A stretch of DNA of 64,000 nt from Utricularia gibba (GCA_002189035.1 NEEC01000009.1:1984001-2048000), one strand, 5' to 3'. Numbered from the stretch's first letter, positions 43,196 to 54,597 are shown. Made by a program: numbers and translations. The notes: generated by a model from the letters alone, not told the origin.

Positions 43196-44651
43196 CTTCG
43201 AAGCTTTACAGTTGAAATCTTGGATCACCCTAAAGCATACACAAGAAAGACCACATGGGTAAACTAGATCAGTTCAAAATAATTGTCTTCGCAGAGACAT
43301 CTCAAGAATCAAGAAAAGATTCAAACATCTGAAGCCCGTCTAAGAAAAATCAAGTTTTCAAGTGAATCTTCAAAGCACCTGATGAATATCAAGTTTTCAC
43401 AGAAACTAGCTATTCCGGAGCTTGTATCCGCAATGAATTTCACAAAAACCACCAACAAATACGTTGATTCCCGACCACTTCGTTTCCAAGATTCAAAAAG
43501 TTCCAATAAAAAAACAGGAACCAAAACCGAAAGCGCTGCGTTATGAATCAAGAACCCCACATCAGAAATCGACTTCAGGAATATCAAATGGGAAATGTTG
43601 CAATCATCACAGGCGAAAAGCACACGCAAGATCCTCTTAAATATATTTAAAATAAGGAAGAAGAGCCGCGTTAATTCACGCAACCGGCGTCCACATACCA
43701 AAAGAAAATTCGGGTTTCAGACTAGGAAACCCAGACCTTGATTATTCTTCAGGGTGCAGGCAAATCTACAGCCAAGAAACAAGCTTTTATCTATCTTCCA
43801 AGATTGCAGTCACTTAATTTTTCAGAGTTGAATCATTTGCAGTTCACCGACCCCCTCAGTGGGGATGAAACCATTACCACTGACGTCCCGTCCAGCGACC
43901 TCAGGGCCCCCTTCGAATCGCTCCAATGAGAGACTAACTCCCTCCCCTTCAGACAAAACAAGTGGCCCACAGGCCACAGGTGTCGAAATGAGTTCAGTAG
44001 CCTTTGAGCCCTGGAAGGGACGAGACGAAACTTGAACCAGTGAAAATTCTGTCCCTGGTAATACCGTACAGTAAAGTGAATCCGTCAACGTGTCTTCAAA
44101 TTCCGCATTTTGTGTTTCCCTGTCCCAAACACAATAATATTCAAATATTATATAATTTCCATGAAATATGACGAAATAAGAAATTAATCAGAAAATTTAA
44201 AATATAGACATAAATACAAAATATAATATTCATTTATAGGAAAAAAATCTGCCCATGAGTGGCTGGTAATGAAGACGCCAGCTTTTGCCAACCTTTGTCG
44301 TTTTTATCCGCGTGCCGAAAAAGATACGAATAATCTTTTAAATCTATTTTTAAAACAAAATAAACAAATAAACTATTTTGATAAATACCAAAAATTGGAT
44401 TCAAAAAGTTTGAATTTGATTCATTTATTTACACCATAAAAAAATAAAACAAACATGGGGACTTTCAAATACCAATTTGAACACAAACTCATTTGATTCC
44501 AGATTTTCCGGACAAAAAAGAAAAGTATTACAAATTTGAACATACTATTTTTAGTATATAATAAAATTATGTATAAAGAAAATATGATAATGACCAATTT
44601 TGTGAATAAACTCAATTGGGCAATTGAAGCTTATCAATATGCTTTGCTATG

Positions 44652-47258
44652 CTACATCATGGCATACAGTTCTTCATGTTCATCAGCTGGAGAAAGGTGA
44701 TCATCTTCTGGGATGGAGCCATCCATCTTCTTCATCTCCCATATCACCAAATCAAGTTTCTGGTATATCTCCTTGCGTTTTGGATGAGCTCTGTCTCCTA
44801 CAAGGAACATGTGCACCTCCGACTGGAGCTCGATCCAGCTGCAGCCCGGCTCCTTCTTCAGTCCACGATCTTTCATGATCTTCCTCAACTTTGCAACTTC
44901 GACCCACATTTCTGCATCTGCGTAGATGTTCGACAAGAGAATGTAAGCTGAGGAGTCTTGAGGGTCCAGCTTGAGCAGGGAGGTTGCTGCTGTTTCTGCA
45001 ACCTCGACGTTCCCGTGCATTTTGCACATACTGAGAAGGGTTCTCCAGATAACATCATCTGCACTGAAGGGCATTTTTGTTATGATGCCCAGAGCATCAG
45101 CAAGTCTTCCTGACTTTCCTAGTATCTCCACCATGGAGGAGTAATGCTCCAGTTCGGGTTCTAATCCGTAATCAGTACTCATTGAGTTGAAGAAGCGAAG
45201 GGCATCATCCACCAGTCCCATATGAGAACAGGCACGAAGAACAGCAACAAAGGTGGCATGATTTGGCATTATATTGTGAAGCTGCATTGTCTTGAAAACC
45301 TGGAGTGCATTTGCTGCATGGCCGTGGTGAGCATAAGCACAGATCATGGCATTCCAAGTAACAAAATCGCACTTGGATGACTTGTCGAAGATCAAAACGG
45401 CATCTTGCATGTTCCCACCTTTTGAATACATGTCAACCAATGTGCTGATGATGTATGGGTCTGACTGCATATCTTCTTTGATGATTTGAGCATGGATCTG
45501 CCTTCCAAGTCCAGCGTTAGCAATGTTGGAGCAGGTATCAAGAACTGCAGCGTACGTGAAACTATCAGGTTTACATCCAGCTTCCAGCATTTTAGAGAAC
45601 ATAACCTGAGCCCTGTCGCTCTCTTCATTCATTGAGAAACCAGAAATGATTGCGTTCCACGAAACAAGTGCTGGATCCTCCATTAGCCAGTGAAGTTTCT
45701 CAGCATCTTCTATTACTCCACACTTAGAGTACATGTCAACAAGCACACTTCCCACAAATGTGTCCGTTCCCATCCCACACTTGATAACTCTACCATGGAT
45801 TTCCCTACCGGAGCTTAGAACTTGCCCACTTGTACAAGCTTTCAAAACACTTCCATATGTAAATACATCGGGTTCCATCCCAAAACGAAGCATAGAGAGG
45901 AAAAGCAATAGTGAGTCCTCATTTTGGTTCTGCTCACAAGCTGTGATCACCGAATTCCACGAGACTGAATCCCTTATTTCCATTTCATCAAAGACACGGA
46001 GAGCATCGCCAAGCATCCCGCATTTACCATACATATCTAAGATAGCATTAGTCACACATATGTCATACTGGAGGGGGGTTTTGATTGCCAACCCATGTAC
46101 CTGACCACCTTCCAGATTTCCCTTGATTACTGCACAAGAACTGAGAGCACCAGATAGGCTCACTGCATCAAACCCGAAGCTTGACTTTAGCAGCAGCAGA
46201 AACAGTTCTAAACCTTCAAAGCCACAATCTGCTCTAGAATATCCAGTTATCAACGCATTGTAAGATTGCAAGTCGAGATTAGGAGAAGAGTCAAATAATT
46301 TCCTCGCATTTTTCAAATCACCACACTTTGCATACGTATCAATCATGGCTGTCACCACAATGGCATCAGCCCCAAAATCATTTTTTAATGAATGAGCATG
46401 TAATTGGCAACCCAAGGCCATAGAAGAGAAGCTAGCACATGATCTTAGAACACTTGCATAAGTAGATTGGCTTACACCAATTCCTTGACGTTGCATTTCT
46501 TTGAAAAACTCTAGCCCACCGTAAAGGTCATTATTTTGGACGCAACCAGCGATCATCGCACTCCATGATACCCAATTTTTCATTGGCATTGCCTCAAAAA
46601 AGAGGCGAGATTCTTCCAGTCTGTTGCTTTTAGCGTACATATCCAACACACCACTTCCTGCAACCAAATCATTCTCAAAACCAGCCTTGATTATCATTCC
46701 ATGAAGTTGAATGCCTAGACTATGGTGTCCTAAACCTGAACAAACTTTCAAAACAAGTGCGAGAGTGGTTTCATCATAACCAACGCCATCCTTCCTCATC
46801 AACAAATACACCTCCATCGCTTTAAAAAGATCCTTATTCCGCACATACCCTGAGATCAATGAATTCCATGATATCACATCCCTCTGAGGCATCATATCGA
46901 AGAAGGTTTGCGCCTGCCCCAGTTCCCCACTGTTTGAATACCCATATATTATCTTGTTCCACGAAACACGGTCCCGATCAGGCAACCTGTCGAACACCTT
47001 CCTAGCGTACTCCAACTCGGAGCATTTTATGTACACTTGCATCAAACAATTGGACACAAAAATTTTCGGTCGGAATCCGGACACGGTCATCCGCGCATGC
47101 GCTTGTCGCCCAGGCTCCAGAGCTTCTACATGAGCACATTCTTGAAATATATGCGAAAACGTTTTGTAGAAACGGATTACCTGAGCTCCCCAAAACCCCC
47201 CAAATCTGATGTAAAAACCCAGAAATAGAGACCTCGGCTGGAAAAAAGAGCCACCCAT
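44652..47258 (-). CDS. PLS-class pentatricopeptide repeat protein with E/E+ domain and no DYW (At3g02330/MEF13-like RNA-editing factor)
   Basis: Intronless 868-aa ORF of P/L/S repeats. C-terminal KKEPGCSWIE...VHMFLVGDRAHP followed by a short tail, with no DYW deaminase. Starts with the KTFSHIFQEC motif typical of this orthogroup. Confidence 0.93.
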   Translation of the reverse strand: MGGSFFQPRSLFLGFYIRFGGFWGAQVIRFYKTFSHIFQECAHVEALEPGRQAHARMTVSGFRPKIFVSNCLMQVYIKCSELEYARKVFDRLPDRDRVSWNKIIYGYSNSGELGQAQTFFDMMPQRDVISWNSLISGYVRNKDLFKAMEVYLLMRKDGVGYDETTLALVLKVCSGLGHHSLGIQLHGMIIKAGFENDLVAGSGVLDMYAKSNRLEESRLFFEAMPMKNWVSWSAMIAGCVQNNDLYGGLEFFKEMQRQGIGVSQSTYASVLRSCASFSSMALGCQLHAHSLKNDFGADAIVVTAMIDTYAKCGDLKNARKLFDSSPNLDLQSYNALITGYSRADCGFEGLELFLLLLKSSFGFDAVSLSGALSSCAVIKGNLEGGQVHGLAIKTPLQYDICVTNAILDMYGKCGMLGDALRVFDEMEIRDSVSWNSVITACEQNQNEDSLLLFLSMLRFGMEPDVFTYGSVLKACTSGQVLSSGREIHGRVIKCGMGTDTFVGSVLVDMYSKCGVIEDAEKLHWLMEDPALVSWNAIISGFSMNEESDRAQVMFSKMLEAGCKPDSFTYAAVLDTCSNIANAGLGRQIHAQIIKEDMQSDPYIISTLVDMYSKGGNMQDAVLIFDKSSKCDFVTWNAMICAYAHHGHAANALQVFKTMQLHNIMPNHATFVAVLRACSHMGLVDDALRFFNSMSTDYGLEPELEHYSSMVEILGKSGRLADALGIITKMPFSADDVIWRTLLSMCKMHGNVEVAETAATSLLKLDPQDSSAYILLSNIYADAEMWVEVAKLRKIMKDRGLKKEPGCSWIELQSEVHMFLVGDRAHPKRKEIYQKLDLVIWEMKKMDGSIPEDDHLSPADEHEELYAMM

Positions 47259-47937
47259 TGACCTGGGAATTCATGCTTTATCATAACCTTCAGCCGTCTG
47301 GTGAAAATATCACTATCCCCACCGCCCTCACCCCCATACAACTATCTCACAGTCAGACAGCTTCAGCAAGATCAGAAACACTGCAGTCCCCGTCTCCGCC
47401 CGATGTCCATGGTGAGCTCGATGGGCCATCTACAGTCTAGATGAAGCCCTATAAACAACTGTAGAGGCCCATTAAGAATGAAATTGCAGGGGGCCATCTA
47501 CACACCTTTCTCTCCATCATCATTCTCTTATCACAGACAGAAAAAGAAGGGGAAGGTCAAGGAGATAATAATGAGGAGATGGAATCCCCTGAAACGGAAT
47601 CAAAAGCGAAAAGGCAGAAAAGGAGAAAGCCAAAGGCAAAGGGCAAAGCCAAAGCCAATTTGTTTTTTTTTTTTTTTGTGTATTTTTAAGAGGGAAATGA
47701 AAAAGGAAAAGGGGTGGCCTATTTTCTTTAAATAGGCTGCCTTTTCCTCCTGGCCACAAAAAGCCTCTCCCCGTGAGTGGAGAGAATCGGATCGGATCCG
47801 ATCGGAACCCATCTTACGCGTACCGGAGGCACTCACCCACGCGTGTGCAAAGCATGCGACGTCAATAAAAACCCATTCAGACAAAAAACATAGTTCATTC
47901 AATTCAACGTCATTCTCACTTCATTTTCATGATTTTA

Positions 47938-48156
47938 CAGTGTTCTGAAAATTTTTTTAAGTATATTTCTATTTTCAAAAATAAAAATAATTTTATTTTA
48001 AAACACTATTAATTATATTAAAAATATTTTTGAAATTATACTACAAAAATTAATTTTAAAAAAGTAATTAATAGATTACTTTTACTTCTTATTTATACTT
48101 TTCTAAAATAATTTTGAAAAAATAAAAAGGAGTTACACAAATTTTTAAAAACACTG
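47938..48156. mobile_element. Possible degenerate AT-rich MITE remnant
   Basis: Short inverted ends cagtgttctgaaaattt and aaatttttaaaaacactg around very AT-rich DNA. No TSD. Confidence 0.3.
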
Positions 48157-49604
48157 CTATAGTCATTATATTTAAATTATTTTACATGTTTAGGAATTAC
48201 ATTTTATAAATACCACTTCAAGTTCCGAGTGTAAAAATCCCATTTTGCTTGATTATGCCAATTTTTTGTTCTTTTTTGTAAGATTTTGATCTTAAAATTG
48301 GAAAAGAGATTTTTTTTTACTAGAAAATTGAAAACCATATGAAGATGGGAAGAGATTTACATTCCCAAATTACAATTTAATTTATTTCACCATATATTTT
48401 TTAAAATAAAAATCACTAATCATACAAATTGTTTTTAAATACTAAATATTACTAAAAGAATCCCAATTCAATCCTCCAAAATTCAATTATTAATTACGAG
48501 AGGGGTGGAGGGCTACAATCTCAATGCGCGTCAACTCCATAATGAAACTAGTCATGTCTCAACCAACCATACAGTGACAGCAAGGCGAAGGGGGGAATCA
48601 TGCGGGTCATTTTGAAAGTTATCCATTCTACATTTCTCTCACACACACTAATCACAAAAAAATACACGTAGGGTGAGTAGTTTTCTAACCACAGTAAAAT
48701 ACAGTGGATATTTTTCAAATTAACTCGGAATCATGCCAACATTGAATGGCCAAAGTAGGAGAACTAGCAACAGACCACAAGTCACGATCCTATGCACATG
48801 TCATAAAATGGTTAGATTTCTAAAGCATCCATTCACCAGGCATCCTATGCACATCAGGCTGATTCTATTCTGGAGTAGCAGGTTAGGTTCTAAAGAGCAA
48901 GAAGGATCACCTGGTATCCTGTAGGGGGAATCAAGGAAAAAGGGAGGGGATCTTCATGTGCTTTAGAGAACTGGAAGGCATAGAGAGTAGCAGCAGGCAG
49001 GGAGACAGCAAATCAAGATCCGGATCGATCAACACATGATGGCTGTGTAGAAAATCTTTCACCTTTGCCACCCTGTAAGATGAAGCTTTTGCAAAGGTTA
49101 CATGGGGTGGGGTATGTGCCTGTACCATGAAAATGAATCCATAGCAGACGGATGGGAGAATCTGAAAGGACACAAAGATTGCCTGTAGAGGAAAATCGGA
49201 ATCATGAACGCACAGTGATCCCAACGTGTGGTCTGAAACATTTACTAATACACAGGGAAACCAGAAGCATCTGAACTGGAAATTCAGAAACACTCCATGG
49301 CACACGCTCAGCCATGATAGAAGTATCACCTATAGCATTTCAGGTTGGTGTCCTAAAAATATGTGCTTTTCTGTTAAGAAAAATATGAAAATCATGCAGA
49401 TCCTCTTTTGCTGGGAACAAGTTGTTGAATGACAGGGAAGCAAGCTGTGAGCAATAGCACCTTGGCGGGGGGTCCATTATGCATTCTCATCCTGTAACCA
49501 CAACACCCGCTTGACCATTTATAAAGGGTAAAGAAATAAACTGTTCTTCCGGTAAAAACTACACTTCATTTCTCACATGCTTGTTCATTGTTAAAATAAT
49601 CCAC

Positions 49605-49911
49605 GAAGCTTCACCGAGCATTAAAAAAAAATCTATGAAGCTTCAATATGTGCCACTTCAAACACTCATAAGCCAACTGCAAAAGCTTCTTGAGTCATGA
49701 AGGCTCTTTCTTACCTATTCCCATCTGATTCCACAAGAAACCATGCTAGAAAGGTTGTGATGAAGCTTCACCGAGCATTAAAAAAAAAAAAACTATGAAG
49801 CTTCAACATGCTCAAATACTCATAAGCCAATTACAAAAGCTTGTTGAGTCATGAAGGCTCTTACCTAATCCCATCTGATTCCACAAGAAACCATGCGAGA
49901 AAGGTTGTGAT
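49605..49911. repeat. Direct tandem duplication (157 bp + 150 bp) containing a minus-strand 10-nt micro-exon with both splice sites
   Basis: Copy 1 is 49605-49761 and copy 2 is 49762-49911. Both begin gaagcttcaccgagcattaaaa and end ccacaagaaaccatgc.agaaaggttgtgat. Confidence 0.92.
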
Positions 49912-52141
49912 AATAACATGTTTGAAGGTGCAGCATAACGGAAATTCGCCACTGTGAACAAACAATAATTGTGTCAAAAATGCTTTGTAAGTGAATTTTT
50001 TTTGAAACTTCAACAGAAATAAACTAGTGAGATGTAATTTTAAAACACAAAGGACAAAAATCATGATAAAGATAAGCAAAAGGTATATTCATTGCACATT
50101 AACGCTAGAAAAGGTTTATAACATACTTCTAGGATCGAACATGCAATTTTTAAGCCAGATATGTATCCAAGAGTGTATGGCTCGTTTCAAATGATATCAA
50201 TTGCCATCAACAAAGTAACCTTATGATCACAGATTCAATTAAATGCTAAAACATTCACCGTGTTCACAGTTTGTAAATCTACACAATCTTGTCAATGAAA
50301 CCAGTCAAATAAGTGCAATAGTGGAAGCAAGAAAAGCCTCCTCGTTATACAGAGCATATATAGTAAGATGCTAGGACATAAGAGGATGGTTTTGAAGGTA
50401 GAACGAGTTATTCAGCAACGCACCTCAAGTGCGTTCAATCATTTCTTTCACAAGCATTAAACTGACATCATTTCCATTGAGCACCATCTTTTTCTTTCCT
50501 ACTCTTTATTTCATTGCTTCTGTTGCAGGGATAAGAATGAAAAAAAGCTACGGCTTACGTCTCATACCATATGACGCAATATGCCTAATCATCTCATAAT
50601 TGAACCCATTTGAAAGAAAATACGACTGCTCCTTTTTCACAATTGAGTGCTCACTTCATTTCTCGGAAACTTATCCAACCAAAGAACCACATGAAGCACG
50701 ACCATGATCATGTAGTGCAAGAAACGTGTTTTTTACAGATTATCAACGAAAACAAGTTCAAGTGTAACAGAAACTCTACATGACAATTCAATTATAGAGA
50801 GGTCTAACCCAGATGCATTAAGAGATAATACTCCCTTACCACAAAAAACAAGCAAAGGAAAGGAAGTGAAGCGACAGGCAGACTGCTAAAGCAGTCTATC
50901 GAGAATGCTTTCATCACCATGTCAAAAGGCCTTAAATTTGGAGGCACTCTGGAAAGCCACAATACAATACTTAAAGATAATGTACTTTCATTACGAAAGA
51001 TATACTTTAGTGTTACAAAAAATCATAAGGTAATTTGTGCAGATAAACACACGCTAGGCAACTCAATACCCCTTCCTATGTACATTAATCATCCCTCTGT
51101 CAAAGTGCAACTTTTCCACCATGAACTGCATAAGAATTCTAACAGAAGCAAACACAGATTTGTGCAGATAAAAATGAAAAAGATAAACAGATGCTGAGTG
51201 AAAACCTATAACAAAATACATGCTGCTGTAGCTTAGTAAATAATAAGAAGCAAGACACCTATTTTATTCCTAGAAAGTGATAAATGGAAGGCTCGCCTCT
51301 GAAAAAATTTAAAAAATGGTGCCAAGAAATTGTAAATCATTAACTTTGTACTTATCCAATTAGCAAAATGACCACATGAAATGATTGATCCATTTCTGAG
51401 AAAAAAGTTCAAAAGAATTAACCTGCCATTTTCTGCAATGATCCGTCCAAAACATCCCTTTCTCCAAAGCATGCACTCGGCTAGCGGAAAAAAAAATTGA
51501 AGGATGAGTTTTCAGCCCCAATGTTGAGTATGAGATCAAAAGAGAAAGTTCAATTAACAATGGTTACACAAAAGTTCAAAACTCAACTACTGATTTCTTT
51601 CACGCAAGTTTTCTACTTTAAGAAAAGCTCCATCTGGATGTCTCTCACTAATTTACGCCACTGAATCTTGTTACCTGAAAGAACATGTGTGGCAGCGTGC
51701 TACTTGGCTAAGTATTAGAACCACACTTACAATCAACTTTTCGTCCCCGTTATCCAGCGCGATTTCTTTTCATGTTCTTCCTGAGATTTATGGTCGTATC
51801 TAGTAAGATTTCCATACCCACCTATACACAATAGGAACTACTCCATTCACACGGCTTATGAAATCACTTAGTCAATCATCAAGTGTAAATATATCACTCA
51901 TATTGTCCACGTTCCAAAGGTTTGTAGATTTAGAGTCAGCAGAGTGAGGTAACCATAGAGGCACAAAATGACTTGAATAACCGTGAAAGTGGTCTCCTAT
52001 TTGTGGTGGTTGATGAGCACAATTGCGCTCAAACGTCATCACGTGGGCCCTTTTCCATTCTATAAATTCTCCCCTTCCACCAGCTTACCCTCGCCATCAT
52101 CTACCTCTCTGACACCCTTTCTGCAATCTATCCTGGAAACA

Positions 52142-52672
52142 ATGCAACCTACCGAGTTACCGGAACACCATCTCTTTCCTTCTACCATTATGCAGTTCCC
52201 TGACTGCTTTAGCTTCGCTACCAGCATTTTGCCAGCATACAATTTGAATGGGTTCCCAAACCCATTATTTCAGTTTCACGTAGAGCACCAACTCCAGGAA
52301 GGTAATCTGAAATCAACATCTTTCAGCAATAACTCAACTTCCGATGAAGCAGACGAGCAGCAACAGAGCATAATAAATGAGAGGAAGCAGAGACGAATGA
52401 TTTCAAACCGGGAGTCGGCAAGAAGATCAAGAATCCGGAAACAAAGGCACATGGATCAGCTCTGGTCACAGGTTGTTTGCCTCAGAAATGAGAATCAGCA
52501 ACTCAGAGATGAGCTGAACCGTGTATCAGAGAATCATGAACAAGTACTACAAGAGAATGCACAACTCAAGGAAGAAGCTTCAGAGTTTCGACAGGTGCTT
52601 ACTGACATCCAACTCAATAGCCCATATTCCGCTAGCTACGCACAGCTTCATGATTTGGTCTGCATCAAGTGA
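52142..52672 (+). CDS. Group S bZIP transcription factor (bZIP3/42/43-like), intronless, 176 aa
   Basis: SNNSTSDEADEQQQSIINERKQRRMISNRESARRSRIRKQRHMDQLWSQV..LRNENQQL is the hallmark of this subgroup. TATA-like TATAAAT at 52061 and G-box CACGTG near 52040 lie upstream. Confidence 0.94.
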   Translation: MQPTELPEHHLFPSTIMQFPDCFSFATSILPAYNLNGFPNPLFQFHVEHQLQEGNLKSTSFSNNSTSDEADEQQQSIINERKQRRMISNRESARRSRIRKQRHMDQLWSQVVCLRNENQQLRDELNRVSENHEQVLQENAQLKEEASEFRQVLTDIQLNSPYSASYAQLHDLVCIK

Positions 52673-54597
52673 GAGTTCTCTCCAAGGAGATCCTGTAACT
52701 TTGGCTTGTTCGGGTGTATGATACAAGATCTGAGCATCATAAATACTGGTAATAAATCGAGTCATGTCATCCACAAGTCTAATTGCAACGTATGAACCTC
52801 AGTGAATCCATTAATCTTCCTAAAAACCGCAAATGCAGATTCCCACATGCAGGCAAATCGCCGTGTTATCAGCCAGAAGATGCATATCAAAGCAAGGGTC
52901 GGCATAATCAAAGCAAAAACTAAAAAGCATAACGTCGAACACCTGTTATCCATATCACCGCTTGCAACTTCCTCCTCCAGCATCAACTCGGTATCCATTA
53001 AAGTTTCCAACAGCCAGGACTACCTGTCAAATTTCCATTACGCCGTTGGCGTTCACATACTCTCAGAAGAAAACTGCTCCACGAGTCAAATCGTTGATTT
53101 AATACAAAAATACCGTTCACCACCACCCAGCATATATCGAATCCCGAATATTCTCGCTGTCGGTCACGCCGTTAAACTGATCATAATTTCACTCGCTGCG
53201 GCGACGCGGGTTGACCCAAGTCTCCAACGAAAACGAAAAACGCCGATTCCCAAGATATAATTTTTTCTCCTGGTTCACTGCTTATGCAATCGGTGCTTTG
53301 TTCATCGGCTAGGTAATTTTGTCTGGGAAGTTCTCTTTTTATTTTCGATTCGCATAAGCTGCTTCTTTCTGTCTGCGCTTTTTGAAAAGCCTGTTCCTAT
53401 GTTTAGTTTTCCTCATTCAAACTCCATTGAGGAGCCGTAGAGGGCAGGCTCATTCCTACGCACCACGCTTGATAATTGAAAAAAAGCCGAAAAGGGATTA
53501 TGTATCTGGGGATAAGGGGCTTGCTCTTCTTTGAAGTGGGTCAAAGAAGCGTCATGGCTGGATGCTGTTGTGTTCATGCGCATTTTTTGTTCTTTGATAT
53601 GTGAATTGAAGGAACTCTGCAACTACGTTTGTCTATAAATGCAGTTCATTTGCTTGTTGTAGAAGTAGCAGTTATCTGTCTGATACTGGAGGCTCAGGGG
53701 GTTTAGACTTGGAGGGGCATTGGAACTTTCATTCTGCTTCTTATCAAACACCTGTGGAATCAACAAAATGTTGACTTTCAAGACGTACCATGCAGTTAAC
53801 CGGAAACATTCACCATTCCAAATGCTGATGTGGGTCAAAGTTTTAATGTGAATCTGAAACTACTATTCCATTTGGATTTCTGAAAGTTTGTGGTTACATT
53901 CTCTATGGTTTGCATTTTCACAGCAGTTGTCTGCTATCTTCTGTACATTGTTTGAAGTTTTTTTTTTTCTTTTTTTTGCATCAATATCAAAAATGGTTGC
54001 ACTTTCTATTCATCAAAACCTCGGTGAACCAGTGCACCGTATAGTTCGAAGCAGTCCTGCTGTTTCTGGGAGAAGCCTGAGTGCAAGTGTTGAGTTTTCA
54101 GCAACATGTCGGAATGAAAGAAAAAGTTTTGAAGCCAAGGGTAGTATGTCAATTGCCAATGAACGTCATGTTCTTGTGGCTGCATTCACCTTCTTATTCC
54201 ACTTGTGGCCTTTTATCTGATACATTTCAATGTTTTCTGAGAACGAAGCAAACTATATGTGAAAAACACCAGAGCAAACTTGAAGATATTGAAGTTGTGA
54301 GAACAAGAGGATCTTCTTTGGCACTAAAGATAATATTTTTCTCCAACTATTCCTATTGTTGAAGACAGGTATTCCCAATATAAGGATTCTGGATCATCAG
54401 GAATTGCTTTCGAAAAATGTAAATGAAAGAAATTATTTTGCAATATCAAAGTTAAGATAACTAAAGCATATGCGATATTAATAATTTAACTGAAATCACT
54501 ACAGTATGCATCAAAACACACTTTTCAACAGTATGAAAACGTGCCCTTTCATAAGCTTGGTTTCTGTCTATAATCTGTAGAAAATATGGAGCCATTT

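Larger units (their letters stand above)
48911..53260 (-). other. Putative unannotated multi-exon, micro-exon-rich transcript (small-ORF gene or lncRNA) antisense to and spanning the bZIP gene
   Basis: Minus-strand AG/GT-flanked exons picked by eye: about 53260-53113, 53023-52943, 52819-52798, (52692-52603), 51780-51731, 51480-51423, 51298-51259, 49874-49865, 49724-49715, 49491-49461, 49352-49330, 49270-49246, 49182-49126, 49072-49063 and 48918-48911. CpG-rich first-exon-like region at 53.1-53.25 kb. The minus strand is T-rich between exons. No homolog recognised. Confidence 0.45.

Noticed and set aside
49757-49878. Apparent C box (GTGATGA) to D box (CTGA) snoRNA
   Set aside because: The C box is created by the junction of the tandem duplication, and the interior is poly-A-rich with no guide.
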